From Thermodesulfobacteriota bacterium (lineage in GTDB: Bacteria > Desulfobacterota > Binatia > Bin18), in the NCBI GenBank assembly GCA_964291405.2, contig OZ219926.1, positions 3,936,001-4,000,000 of the forward strand: a stretch of DNA of 64,000 nt. The letters run 5' to 3'. Below are positions 29,890 to 40,317 of this stretch, piece after piece. Position 1 is the stretch's first letter. The number at the start of each line of letters is the position of its first letter. Position numbers and translations under genes: made by a program. The notes under the pieces are model-generated. The model worked only from the letters and a program-made list of their open reading frames with translations, searched no databases and was not told the DNA's origin.

Positions 29890-31151
29890 GCTCCACCCAT
29901 GAGAGTCTGCCACTGCTCGTACACGCCAAAGATGCTGATTTCCGTTGAGGGGGGGTGGATCAGACCGGGCTTGTCCGGGTCGGTGCGACCATGCCCGGCG
30001 CCCATCTGGTAGTTGAGGGGGAAGTTCCGGCGGTGCAGACCACGCATGGCCTTGACGCTATTGCCCCACATCTCGCCGTCGTCCTGCTCGAAGATGCCGC
30101 TGGGCGAAAAGGTCAGAACCTGCATCTTCCGGGCGATCTCGACAACCTCAGGTGGAGCTTCTTGCTCGATCATGCCCCAGGAATACACCTCCATATTATG
30201 CGGGCCACGTGGATGCCAGACTCGAATGGTCAAGAAACCCAGAAAGGTCAGAATGGAAAAATTCGGAAACACGGTTCCAACATGGACACAGCCGACCAAT
30301 TCGCTCTGGGCCGGTGTCAGGCGTTGTCTGGCCGCGACCTGCATCTGCTCCATATGGTGTGCCAGCGGGGCGGGCACGCCGCCGGCTATGTCAATCTTGA
30401 AATTGATCCAGCCATGCCCGTTCTCCAGCTTGGCTTCAAAATCTCGCACCCAGGGCCGGTCCCCGAGAAATTGCCCGTTTGCCGGGCCGAGGCCGATCTT
30501 AAGCATGCTCTCGTGGGCCGCTCCGGTATGATAGTTGTCGCCATTGAACTGTTCGGCGGCCAGTTTCCAGTTGCCGTCCAGATTCCAGCGGTGCAGTCCG
30601 GGCATGACAACCATGCCGCCTTCAGTCTTGTTGAAGATGAGATCGAGATACCACTTCATATCACCGAGGTAGGCATCCAGGCTCTGGGCGTTCTCGTCGA
30701 AACAGGCAAAGATGAGGCCCCGAAATGATTCCACGCGGGGCACTTCGATCAGCCCCCAGTCCTCTCGGTTGAGTTCCTCGTAATAGGCTTCCTTGAATTG
30801 CGGAACGCCGACAAGCCGGCCCTGGTTGTCATACGTCCAGCCGTGGTAGGGGCAGGTAAACGCTTTGGCGTTGCCGGCGTCCAGGCGGCACATACGCGCG
30901 CCGCGATGGCGGCAGGAGTTCAGAAAGACCCGGATTTTTCCGGTTGCCGTCCGGCAGACCAGGACGGATTCCTCGCCCATATAGTGGGTGACGAAGTCGC
31001 CCGGATTCGGGAGCTGGGATTCATGCGCCAGGTAGAGCCAACAGCGGCCGAAGATTTGCTCCTGTTCGTCCCGGTAGACTTCTTCGTCAACAAAGACCCG
31101 GGGGCTGACCGTGCATTTCTCCAAGTCAACCAAGTGTGACCAGTCTGTCAC
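29886..31151 (-). CDS. Aromatic ring-hydroxylating (Rieske) dioxygenase alpha subunit
   Basis: Rieske CRH...CPYH; NWKLAAEQF-GDNYH----H and EQDD mononuclear Fe ligands. Confidence 0.95.
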   Translation of the reverse strand: MTDWSHLVDLEKCTVSPRVFVDEEVYRDEQEQIFGRCWLYLAHESQLPNPGDFVTHYMGEESVLVCRTATGKIRVFLNSCRHRGARMCRLDAGNAKAFTCPYHGWTYDNQGRLVGVPQFKEAYYEELNREDWGLIEVPRVESFRGLIFACFDENAQSLDAYLGDMKWYLDLIFNKTEGGMVVMPGLHRWNLDGNWKLAAEQFNGDNYHTGAAHESMLKIGLGPANGQFLGDRPWVRDFEAKLENGHGWINFKIDIAGGVPAPLAHHMEQMQVAARQRLTPAQSELVGCVHVGTVFPNFSILTFLGFLTIRVWHPRGPHNMEVYSWGMIEQEAPPEVVEIARKMQVLTFSPSGIFEQDDGEMWGNSVKAMRGLHRRNFPLNYQMGAGHGRTDPDKPGLIHPPSTEISIFGVYEQWQTLMGGA

Positions 31152-31204
31152 GCCGCGTGCTCCTTCAATTCCTTCTCCCCGGAGAGGGGGAGGGAAAATC
31201 GTGT

Positions 31205-32095
31205 CTAATGACTCACGTGCTTATGACCCCAAATGCTGCCGGTCCGATGGAGTTGAACCTGCCAGGTCGTGTCATCAACCTCACGCGCGCCCCAGCCGTA
31301 TTCGACGCTAAAGCCGGATGGGGTTTTGAGATAAAAGGACAGCATCAGGTCATTGGTATGACGCCCCAGGGTCATATCAATCGGTACTTCTTTGCTCTGA
31401 CACAGGTCGTAGGTTGACCCCACATCGTCCAGATTTTGGAGTTGCAACATAAAGTGGTGCATGCGTTTGGGCATCTTGCCTTCCCAAAAGGCCATGCTGT
31501 GGTGACGCGGGTTGCAGTGCAGAAAAGCGAGGTTGAGCGTGGAGGCCACGCCGCGCTCGGGCTGGGGACGCACCCAATCGCTCAGGCGAAAGCCCAGCAC
31601 GTCACGGTAGAAGTGCAGGCTTTGCTCCAAACTATCGACCGTCATGGTGATGTGGCCGAGCCCCATATCTCCGGTGGTAAACCCGGAAATCGGCCGGGGA
31701 GATTGAAAGGGTTTGTCAACACCGACTAGGGGCCCGTAGAAGATTTCTGTTGCCAGGCCGTTCGGGTCCTGGAGTTTGAGCAGCCCAACGACCCGCCGGG
31801 CTTCAGCCTCTTCCGGGCTTCCCCATTCCACGGCAATACCATTGGCGCTGAGCTGATCGCCCATCGCTGTGAGCGTTTCCTCGTCCGCCACTTCCCAGCC
31901 GACCAGGGTGAGGTCGTCCGCGTCACCGGGGGAGACAATGAAGCGGTGGTGGTAGTCGTCCATCCGCAACAGCAACGAGCCGTCCGGGTCGCGGGTATGG
32001 GCCTGGAGTCCCAGCACTCCGGTGGCGAATTGTTCCCATTCGTCAACATTGCTGACGCCTAAGCCGATGTAGCCGAGTTGTGCCACGCGTGCCAT
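31205..32095 (-). CDS. Type I extradiol ring-cleavage dioxygenase (BphC/HsaC family)
   Basis: LGYIGL, GLGH, HCNPRHHS, HHFM, LGRHTND, SFY-KTPSG--VEYG. Confidence 0.94.
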   Translation of the reverse strand: MARVAQLGYIGLGVSNVDEWEQFATGVLGLQAHTRDPDGSLLLRMDDYHHRFIVSPGDADDLTLVGWEVADEETLTAMGDQLSANGIAVEWGSPEEAEARRVVGLLKLQDPNGLATEIFYGPLVGVDKPFQSPRPISGFTTGDMGLGHITMTVDSLEQSLHFYRDVLGFRLSDWVRPQPERGVASTLNLAFLHCNPRHHSMAFWEGKMPKRMHHFMLQLQNLDDVGSTYDLCQSKEVPIDMTLGRHTNDLMLSFYLKTPSGFSVEYGWGAREVDDTTWQVQLHRTGSIWGHKHVSH

Positions 32096-32244
32096 AGCAA
32101 GCCTCCTTTAATGTCTGTGTTTCCATAGCGCGTTTTGGTCTTATCGAAAATCCCTCCGGCTCGGCACGACGCGCTCTTCGACCATAGACAGCGCAACCGC
32201 CGGTATGACACAGTGTCGGGGCCGAACACTCAGAAAGGAGCCGA

Positions 32245-32688
32245 GTGATGGATAGCAAGCGAATCGTTGGTATCGTTCTCGTCGTGATTGGGGTCGCGGT
32301 TGCGGTCCACACTATAGTTGAGCCCCTCTATCACGTCTCAAGCGAAGCCCATCCGTACAGCCCGCTGTGGACCATACTGGACCCGTTAATGGGGCTAGCG
32401 ATCGTGCTGGGCCTGATCGTCGGCTATCCACGTATGAAACGTGCCAGCAGCGCCGGTCCGGACGCACCCGTAACCTGGGAACGGCTGGCCGCCACTACGA
32501 TGTTCTACGGCTTTCTGGGCGTGGGCATCCTCTTTTTCTGGAGTTGGTTCAACACCATGTCGGTCAGCGCCGACTTCGCCCCAGGAAAGGGCGAGAACGT
32601 GAGCGCCTTGGTCTGGATGATCATCGATACGTTGCTGCCGTTGCTTTTGGGTGCAACCGGCGTATCCCTTCTCCGCGACGACACATAA
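32245..32688 (+). CDS. Hypothetical 4-TM membrane protein
   Basis: Four hydrophobic segments; AAAGGAG RBS. Confidence 0.7.
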   Translation: MMDSKRIVGIVLVVIGVAVAVHTIVEPLYHVSSEAHPYSPLWTILDPLMGLAIVLGLIVGYPRMKRASSAGPDAPVTWERLAATTMFYGFLGVGILFFWSWFNTMSVSADFAPGKGENVSALVWMIIDTLLPLLLGATGVSLLRDDT

Positions 32689-32738
32689 ACGGAGCGACAT
32701 GACTAAACACCGAACACCTTTTCCTCGTGGACCTCTCT

Positions 32739-33389
32739 ATGCGATTTGAAGCGGTGATCTTTGACTGTGATGGGGTGCTGGTTAATAGCGAGACACTCGA
32801 AAACCAGGTGTTTGTTGAGTGTGTGGCCGACCTGGGCCTGGAACTGACGGTAGCGGAGGCGGTGGCGATGTATAAAGGGCGCAAGCTGGCCGAGTGTATC
32901 GCCTCTGTTGAAGAGCGGCTGGGTCGCTGTGTGCCGGACTCTTTTGTTCCCACCTTCCGGGTGCGTAGCGCCAAAGTCTTTGAGGACCATTTGCAGCCGA
33001 TCCCTGGAGTGGAAGCCGTCATTCAGACCCTACAGGCGATGTCTGTCCCGTTTTGTGTGGCGTCCAGCGGGCCGCGTGAAAAAATAGAAGCCAACCTCGG
33101 GATTACCGGTCTGCTGGCGTATTTTCAGGAGTCGATTGTGAGTGCGTATGAAGTCGGGAGTTGGAAGCCTGACCCTGGCCTGTTTCTCCATGCGGCCCGG
33201 ACGCTTGGTGTTGCTCCTGAAACCTGTGCAGTGATTGAAGACAGCCTCCCTGGAGTGCAGGCTGGTGTGGCGGCTGGCATGACCGTATTCGGCTATGCCC
33301 GGGACACAGAGGCGGAAACCCTGGCTGCCGCCGGGGCTTGGGTCTTTCAGGACATGAACCAACTCCCCGCTTTGCTCCAAGAAAACTGA
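32739..33389 (+). CDS. HAD-superfamily phosphatase (YieH/CbbY-like)
   Basis: FDCDGVLV, ASS, KPDPGLF, IEDS. Confidence 0.92.
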   Translation: MRFEAVIFDCDGVLVNSETLENQVFVECVADLGLELTVAEAVAMYKGRKLAECIASVEERLGRCVPDSFVPTFRVRSAKVFEDHLQPIPGVEAVIQTLQAMSVPFCVASSGPREKIEANLGITGLLAYFQESIVSAYEVGSWKPDPGLFLHAARTLGVAPETCAVIEDSLPGVQAGVAAGMTVFGYARDTEAETLAAAGAWVFQDMNQLPALLQEN

Positions 33390-33465
33390 TCTTCCTTCCG
33401 TTCCCGAACCGCTCTATGCTGAGAAGAACAACCGACTGTTGGGAGTTGTCGAAAAAGTGACATCC

Positions 33466-34637
33466 ATGAACGCCGAACGGCAGAAACTGGTTCAGGCCCG
33501 AGAGCGAATCGAACGGTTGCCGAAATCGAAGATTCGGGCGATTGCCAACGCCAGCCTGGGTCTCGAAGGCTTGATCCCGCTCTGGTTTGGGGAGTCCGAC
33601 CTGCCCACGCCGGAGTTTATCAAACAGGCCGGCGCCGACGCCTTGATGCAGGGCTGTACGTTTTATACCCATAACCGGGGGATTCCCGAGCTGCGCACTA
33701 CGCTGGCTGAATACGCCTCCGGTTTGCACGCCCGCCCGGTGAACGAAGACCGTATTACTGTGACCGCCTCCGGCTGCGTGGCGATTAATCTCATCCAACA
33801 GGTCCTGACCGATCCCGGCTCCAATACGGTCATAGTTGGCCCCCTGTGGCCCAACCTGATTGAGACCATCCATATTATGGGTGGGGAGACCCGGATTGTG
33901 CCGCTGACGTTTGGTGAGCAGGCCTGGACGCTCGATCTGGACCGACTCTTTGACCGGGTTGATGACAAGACCACCACGATCCTTATCAACTCCCCTGGGA
34001 ACCCCACCGGCTGGGTTATGGAGAGAGACGGCCAGCAGGCCGTGCTCGATTTTTGCCGGCAGCGTGGCCTGTGGTTCATTTCCGATGAGGTCTACAACCG
34101 TCTGGTGTATGATCGGCCTGTTGCCCCATCTTTGCTGGACCTGGCGGAGCCGGATGACAAGGTTCTGGTGATCAATAGTTTCTCCAAGACTTGGGCTATG
34201 TCGGGCTGGCGACTGGGCTGGGTGACGTCTCCCCCAGGCTGGGCGAGGTGTTTGAAAAGGTCATCGAGTTTCACTACTCGTGTCCGGCTCATTTTACCCA
34301 GCAGGCCGGAGTCACCGCGGTGATGGAAGGCGAGCAATTCGTGCGTGATATGGTGCAGCGCTACCGAGCCGCCCGCGACCTGAGCGTGGAACGGTTGCGG
34401 GCCATGCCGCGCGTTCGGGTCCACTCTCCGCTCGGTTCTTTTTATCTATTCTTTGCCGTGGATGGGATGACCGATAGCGTGGCCGAGTGTCGCCGTTTTG
34501 TTTCCGAGGCCCGCGTTGGGCTTGCGCCGGGCGCGGCGTTTGGTGAGGCTGGCGAAGGCTTTATCCGCCTGTGTTTTGCCAATACTCTGGAAACGCTGGA
34601 CGAAGCCTTTGAGCGGCTTGCCAGGGTGCTGGCCTAA
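33466..34637 (+). pseudogene. Class I/II PLP aminotransferase split by a 1-bp frameshift at C5 run 34231-34235 (probably a sequencing error)
   Basis: NSPGNPTG, DEVY, SFSKTWAMSGWRLGW in one frame; the C-terminal half (GLAPG-AFG, IRLCFA) continues in another frame. Confidence 0.85.
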
Positions 34638-34716
34638 GCACTGCCGGGAGCGCCCCTCTTTACTTCCCGTCTGTACGCCGCATAGAGTAACCGCATCTCA
34701 TTGCGGGGAGGATCGT

Positions 34717-35328
34717 ATGAAAATCCATGACGCAACAACCGCGCCCAATCCGCGCCGGGTACGAATATTCATTGCGGAAAAAGGTATCGAGGTACCATAC
34801 GAACAGGTTGATATCGTTAACGCGGTCAATCGTGGCGAGGAATTCCGGACGCAGAAGAACCCCATGGGCACCCTGCCCGTGCTCGAACTTGACGACGGCA
34901 CCTGCATTGCCGAAAGCGGCGCGATCTGCCGCTATTTTGAAGAACTCTATCCCGACCCGCCGCTCATGGGCGTAGACGCGCAGGACAAGGCGATTGTCGA
35001 GATGTGGAATCGGCGCATGGAGCTTGAACTCTTTCAGCCGACGACCCTGGCCTTTCAACAACAGCACGCCTTCTTCAAAGGCCGAGTGACCCAGGTGCCG
35101 GAGTATGCTGCGGTATCAAAAGAAAAGGCGGAAAAGAGTCTGGCCTGGCTGAATGAGGTGTTAGCCGACCGCCAATACGTAGCGGGCGAGCGCTACACCG
35201 TCGCCGATATTGTCGCGCAGTGTGCGGTGGATTTTGGCCGAGTGGTAAAAATCGCGATCCAGCCGGATCAAAAAAACCTGGCCCGCTGGCACGAGGAAGT
35301 CTCCGCTCGGCCGAGTGCAAAGGCGTAA
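34717..35328 (+). CDS. Glutathione S-transferase family protein
   Basis: APNPRRVRIF, NPMGTLPVLE, ESGAICRY, TVADI, RPS; GGGGAGG RBS. Confidence 0.93.
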   Translation: MKIHDATTAPNPRRVRIFIAEKGIEVPYEQVDIVNAVNRGEEFRTQKNPMGTLPVLELDDGTCIAESGAICRYFEELYPDPPLMGVDAQDKAIVEMWNRRMELELFQPTTLAFQQQHAFFKGRVTQVPEYAAVSKEKAEKSLAWLNEVLADRQYVAGERYTVADIVAQCAVDFGRVVKIAIQPDQKNLARWHEEVSARPSAKA

Positions 35329-35417
35329 ACCCCAGAAAATCCCCTCCCTTGGAGGGAATTATATACCAGTGTACCCAAGAGAGGGCATAAGACATCACAC
35401 GACAGAAGAAGGTCAGC

Positions 35418-36236
35418 GTGCAAAGCCAAGAGGTGAAACAGCAAGTCAAGGAAGTATACGGAAAAGCGGCGCTCCAAGCCGCCCAGGGTGGCCGGGCTTC
35501 CTGCGGGGAGGCAACCGCGAGCGCTGATGATCCTATTACCTCACACCTCTACGACGAGGACCAGCTCACAGGGATTCCTCTGGAGGCGATTGCCGCCTCG
35601 CTCGGCTGTGGTAACCCAACAGCCTTGGCTCAGCTCAATCCAGGCGAGACCGTGCTCGATCTCGGCTCGGGTGGCGGGATCGATGTGCTCCTGTCGGCCA
35701 GACGAGTCGGTCCCACGGGAAAAGTCTACGGCCTCGATATGACCGACGAAATGCTCGATCTAGCGCGTGAAAACCAACGCAAGGCTGGGATCGAAAATGT
35801 CGAGTTTCTGAAAGGCGAGATGGAGGACATTCCCCTTCCTGACAACTCGGCTGATGTCATTATCTCAAACTGCGTGATTAACCTATCGGCAGACAAAGAT
35901 CGCGTCCTGTCTGAAGCGCTGCGCGTGCTGCGACCAGACGGACGATTTGCAGTTTCTGACATTGTCGCGCGTGGAGCGATCCCTGGGCAGATTCAACGCC
36001 ACGTTGAACTGTGGATCGGGTGTATCGCCGGAGTGTTAGAAGAGCAAGAATACCGGACCAAACTCGCTCAGGCCGGCTTTGTTGATATCGATCTTGAACC
36101 CACTCGGATTTACCGTGTAGAGGATGCTCGTGCCTATCTTTCCGACAAAGGGATTGATGTTGAGGCCGTTGCGTCTGAGGTTGACGGCAAGTTCGGCAGC
36201 GCCTTCGTCCGCGCGCGTAAACCATCTGAGGGCTGA
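35418..36236 (+). CDS. arsM: Arsenite S-adenosylmethyltransferase
   Basis: [31 protein letters not shown] conserved Cys motifs. Confidence 0.92.
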   Translation: MQSQEVKQQVKEVYGKAALQAAQGGRASCGEATASADDPITSHLYDEDQLTGIPLEAIAASLGCGNPTALAQLNPGETVLDLGSGGGIDVLLSARRVGPTGKVYGLDMTDEMLDLARENQRKAGIENVEFLKGEMEDIPLPDNSADVIISNCVINLSADKDRVLSEALRVLRPDGRFAVSDIVARGAIPGQIQRHVELWIGCIAGVLEEQEYRTKLAQAGFVDIDLEPTRIYRVEDARAYLSDKGIDVEAVASEVDGKFGSAFVRARKPSEG

Positions 36237-36283
36237 GCATAGATCCACCTCTTGCCCCCAGATCTTGTTCGGGGCAGGGGAGG

Positions 36284-37504
36284 TTAGCTGGCCGTACGGA
36301 TATAGGGGCCGGTCTCTTTCAATAACAGAAACAGTACGGCCGACAGCATGTAGCAGCCGCCCCAGAAATAGAAACCGGCCACTGGCGTGAGGCCGACCAG
36401 CCACATGCCTACGACCGGGGCGAGTACGCCACCCAGATAGCCGGCGGTGATGGCAATGCCCACCGCAGAGCCGGCCAGCCGGCGACCGACGCCTTCCATT
36501 TCCAGCGGCACTACGAACGCCAGTGGGGCCGCCCCGCCGAAGAAGCCCCACATCAGGGCTACGATCCACAGCGGCACCCCCAGCGCATAGCCGGACAGCA
36601 CCATGCACGCCCCGGCGATGAGCATACCCGGCACGTAGAAACGTTTACGCAGTCCGACCCGGTCCGATATGGATGGCACGATCAACGCGCCGACCACATA
36701 GGCCCACATAATGACCGAGACGACGGCCCCGGCCGTGGCCGAGGTCATGCCCTGTATGTCAACGAAATAGGTTGGTGCATAGCCGATGATGCCGATGTAA
36801 CCGCCCAGAAACAGCATGTGACAGGCCGCCAGAGTCCAGGCGTCCCGAATGCTGAGGACCTGGCGGATCGCGGCCACGGTGTCCAGGTGTCCGGCCTCGG
36901 CCTCGTCCGGCCCGTGTGGCCGGTCCCGGACGGTCATGAACCACAGCACCCCAATGGCAGCTGTGACCACACCCAGAATGATGGTCAGGCTGCGCCAGCC
37001 GCCGACCGGCTCCAGGACCAGCGGCGTCAGGGCCAGGGCCAGGGCCGCGCCTGCACCGTAGCCGGCTTGGGTGACGCCATTGGCCATACCGAATTCTTCC
37101 GGCGCAAACCACATGCCCAGCGCTTTGGGCACGTTCGGAAACGTCAGGGCAAGGGCGACCCCGAACAGAAACATCCAGACATACATCGAACCGAAACCGG
37201 AGGCCGTGGCCCGCATGACCAGGGTGACTCCCATCAGCAGCACCCCCAGGCCGACGATTTTTTGGACCCCGTAGCGGTCGCCCAGGATCCCGCCAATCAT
37301 GGCCGAGACCAGCGTGCCGAACGAGATGGCCGCCCACAGTACGCCCCAGTCCGACATCCCCAGATGCAGGTCGGCCAGCACCTGGGCGACGACCATGACG
37401 AGATACGTCCAGCCAATCCCAAAGGCAAAGGTAAAGACCAGAACGCTATTAGCAAGAACGAGCCAACGATAACTGCTGGGAGCCTGTGTGTCTGTCATAG
37501 GCAT
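36284..37504 (-). CDS. MFS transporter
   Basis: About 12 hydrophobic helices; GILGDRYG and SDRVGLRK loop motifs. Confidence 0.9.
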   Translation of the reverse strand: MPMTDTQAPSSYRWLVLANSVLVFTFAFGIGWTYLVMVVAQVLADLHLGMSDWGVLWAAISFGTLVSAMIGGILGDRYGVQKIVGLGVLLMGVTLVMRATASGFGSMYVWMFLFGVALALTFPNVPKALGMWFAPEEFGMANGVTQAGYGAGAALALALTPLVLEPVGGWRSLTIILGVVTAAIGVLWFMTVRDRPHGPDEAEAGHLDTVAAIRQVLSIRDAWTLAACHMLFLGGYIGIIGYAPTYFVDIQGMTSATAGAVVSVIMWAYVVGALIVPSISDRVGLRKRFYVPGMLIAGACMVLSGYALGVPLWIVALMWGFFGGAAPLAFVVPLEMEGVGRRLAGSAVGIAITAGYLGGVLAPVVGMWLVGLTPVAGFYFWGGCYMLSAVLFLLLKETGPYIRTAS

Positions 37505-37687
37505 GACCCTGCCACAGGGAGTCAGTCACGTCTATGGTCCGGCAGTGAATCTGCTCAGCGCTCTGTGAGGCGAAGCATCCGGGTTGTCCTTCACCTATCG
37601 GGCGCAGCAGTATAAGAGGGACTGTTCGACGCAGGGATGCGATACGCCTCCCCGGTCTCGGCTTTGGAATGCGGAGAGGATGGTCTT

Positions 37688-38788
37688 ATGGTACAGGATG
37701 AAAACAACGAACGTGATGGCCTGCAACTCGGTATTTTCATGCCCAATTGCAGCGCCACCTACCATATCAGCAGCTATAAGCCCGAGCCTGATGACTGGAC
37801 GTTCGAGTCAAATAAGCAGATTGCGCTTGCCGCTGAAAAGGCCGGCTTCAACTTCCTGTTCCCGGTCAGTCGCTGGCGCGGGTTCGGCGGCTCGACCAAT
37901 TATATGGGCTACTCGCAAGAGACCATGACCTGGGCGGCTGCGCTCCTGGCCGTTACCCAAACCATCAGAGTCTACTCGACCGTTCACGTGCCGGTCTTCC
38001 ACCCGCTGGTCGCCGCCAAAATGGGGGCGACCCTGGACCATATCAGTCAGGGACGCTGGGGGATCAATATCGTCAGCGGCTGGAACGCGCACGACTTTAA
38101 TATGATGGGCGTTGAACTCCTGCCTCATCAAGAGCGCTATGCCCGCACGGCTGATTTTATCTCCATCCTCAAAGGGCTGTGGACGGCCGAGCCCGGCACG
38201 TTCAACTACGATTCGCCCTGGTATCGTATCACCGACGGGTATGTCATGCCGCAGCCGGTGCAAAGGCCTCACCCACCCATTGTGAATGCTGGCTCTTCGG
38301 CTGATGCCCGTGATGTGGTCGCGCGTTTATGCGACTGGATCTTTCTGAGTCCGCCAAATATTGAGGCGACGCGCGAGATGACGACCGATATCCGGGAGCG
38401 GGCCAAAGCGTATCGGCGCACGGTCCTGAGTGCGGGCTGTCCGTTTGTGCTGTGGCGCGATACGGAAAAAGAAGCGGAACAAGAAAAACAGCGTATTATC
38501 GACGCCGCAGACGATGTGGCCCTGGCAAACTGGGCGCGTGGTCTGGGTATGGAAAGCGGCTCGTTCGACAGTTTTACCAAAGAGATGTTTGTCATCGGTG
38601 GTGGCGCGCTGCCCATTGTGGGCACGGCCGAACAGGTGGCCGAAAAACTCGCCCGTCTGTATACGTTGGGCCTGGATGGTGTGCTGCTGATCTTCCTCTC
38701 CTTTTACGACGACACCGTCCGTTTTGGGAAAGAGATCATGCCCCTGCTCCAGCAGATGGGTGTGGTGAAGTCAGTGGACGCGCATTGA
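37688..38788 (+). CDS. LLM-class FMNH2-dependent monooxygenase (SfnG/RutA-like)
   Basis: RWRGFGG, STVHVP, GRWGINIVSGW, NAGSS. Confidence 0.88.
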   Translation: MVQDENNERDGLQLGIFMPNCSATYHISSYKPEPDDWTFESNKQIALAAEKAGFNFLFPVSRWRGFGGSTNYMGYSQETMTWAAALLAVTQTIRVYSTVHVPVFHPLVAAKMGATLDHISQGRWGINIVSGWNAHDFNMMGVELLPHQERYARTADFISILKGLWTAEPGTFNYDSPWYRITDGYVMPQPVQRPHPPIVNAGSSADARDVVARLCDWIFLSPPNIEATREMTTDIRERAKAYRRTVLSAGCPFVLWRDTEKEAEQEKQRIIDAADDVALANWARGLGMESGSFDSFTKEMFVIGGGALPIVGTAEQVAEKLARLYTLGLDGVLLIFLSFYDDTVRFGKEIMPLLQQMGVVKSVDAH

Positions 38789-38812
38789 ATCCCTAGCGTT
38801 GCTTGCTCCCTC

Positions 38813-39376
38813 ATGGACGCCAAAGACGAACACCACATCGACTTTTTATACCGGGCGCTGAACGACGCCCAGGAAACCATTCGGTCCACTGACGCGAAGG
38901 CCGAGATTGTCATCGTTCTCGTTGGTGGAGTCCTGGCCTTTATCGGGGCGATCCACAGCCGGATTGACACGCTGCCTTTACAGGTCCTGACGACCATCGG
39001 ATTGGTCCATGTGCTGATTGCCGCCGTGTGCGCGATCTGGGCGCTTAACCCACGGGTCAATCCCGAAGAGTTTATCGATGTGGATGGTGTGAAACCGCCG
39101 CCACTCTATTACCTCCACATTAAACCGGCAGCGGCCGGGTGGCGCATGTTTCTTCCCTGGCGCGCGGGGAATTATATGGAGCTGTCGGCCGCGGAATATC
39201 TGCGCCACCTCGAAGCGCTTGACGTGGACGGCCTCCGGCGGGTGTTGGTCTATGAACTCCTCAAGGTCTCGTTTATCCGTGAGGAAAAGCGGGTGCAGGT
39301 TGCCTGGGCCGTCCGTTTTATCCGAATAGCCGGTGGATTCTTCGCTCTCCTGGTAGTGAGCCTGTATCTGATATAA
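38813..39376 (+). CDS. DUF5706/Pycsar-effector-like membrane protein
   Basis: IRSTDAKA followed by two TM helices, P-V, a soluble loop, then K-x-W and a C-terminal TM helix. Confidence 0.62.
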   Translation: MDAKDEHHIDFLYRALNDAQETIRSTDAKAEIVIVLVGGVLAFIGAIHSRIDTLPLQVLTTIGLVHVLIAAVCAIWALNPRVNPEEFIDVDGVKPPPLYYLHIKPAAAGWRMFLPWRAGNYMELSAAEYLRHLEALDVDGLRRVLVYELLKVSFIREEKRVQVAWAVRFIRIAGGFFALLVVSLYLI

Positions 39377-39415
39377 CCATTCGGGCTATATGGGGAGGGA
39401 GCGTACCCCTTCGTT

Positions 39416-40177
39416 CTACTGCGCCGTATATCCGCCATCCGCGGCCATGCTATGACCGGTCACAAATGACGCGGCGTCTGAACACAGCCATACCACGGTC
39501 TGTGCAATTTCTTCCGGCTTCCCAAGTCGGCCAACCGGCTCCAAGGCCAGGAGTCCTTCGGTCAGTTCAGGCTGGGCTTTAATGACACCCTCAACCATCG
39601 GGGTTTGAATCACGCCCGGACAGACGGCATTCACCCGAATACCGGACTTGGCGTATTCCAGGGCGGCTGTCTTGGTCAGCCCGACCACGCCGTGCTTGGC
39701 GGCAACATACGCCGCCTGTCCGATGATGCCGACCAAACCGAGGGCTGAAGCGGTATTCACAATGGCGCCGCTGCCCTGTTTGAGCATCTGCGGCAGCTCG
39801 TGCTTCATGCACAGCCATACGCCCCGTAGATTGATGCTCATGACCCGATTCCAGTGCTCTTCCGAACAGTCTGCGGTCAAGGACAAATCGCCGGCAATAC
39901 CGGCATTATTAAACGCGCAGTCGAGTTGGCCGTAGGTCTCGACCGTTTTGCCGATGAGGTGTTCAATCTCGCTCGCCTGGGCTACATCGGTTTGAATAAA
40001 GAATGCCTCCCCACCGGTATTTTGAATCAGGCTGGCGGTTTCCTCGCCGCCCTCAACACCCACGTCCGCCACAACAACCCTGGCTCCACGTTGTGCAAAC
40101 GCGAGCGCGGTGGCCCGCCCAATGCCTGAACTCCCACCGGTCACGAGCGCGACCTTGCTCTTGAATGTTTCTTCCAT
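39416..40177 (-). CDS. SDR oxidoreductase (NNAG, glucose-1-dehydrogenase/LinC-like)
   Basis: TGGSSGIG, FNNAGI, YVAAKHG. Confidence 0.93.
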   Translation of the reverse strand: MEETFKSKVALVTGGSSGIGRATALAFAQRGARVVVADVGVEGGEETASLIQNTGGEAFFIQTDVAQASEIEHLIGKTVETYGQLDCAFNNAGIAGDLSLTADCSEEHWNRVMSINLRGVWLCMKHELPQMLKQGSGAIVNTASALGLVGIIGQAAYVAAKHGVVGLTKTAALEYAKSGIRVNAVCPGVIQTPMVEGVIKAQPELTEGLLALEPVGRLGKPEEIAQTVVWLCSDAASFVTGHSMAADGGYTAQ

Positions 40178-40317
40178 ACGTCCTCCTTGCGTTCAGGGTA
40201 GCACCGGGCCGAAGTTCTCGACAGCGCCCCCGGCGTTACCGGGGCCGGCCTGCGGTCTCCTCTGGTCCGATCGTTTGGGGTTTGGTATGGTCCACATTTC
40301 GGATGAGGAGGGGCTGT

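Noticed and set aside
34225-34245. Programmed ribosomal frameshift in the aminotransferase
   Set aside because: There is no canonical slippery heptamer; a homopolymer indel is simpler given two other indels in the window
36234-36285. arsM TGA as selenocysteine
   Set aside because: There is no Cys motif context and TAG follows two codons later; the downstream hairpin has different geometry and looks like a terminator or REP
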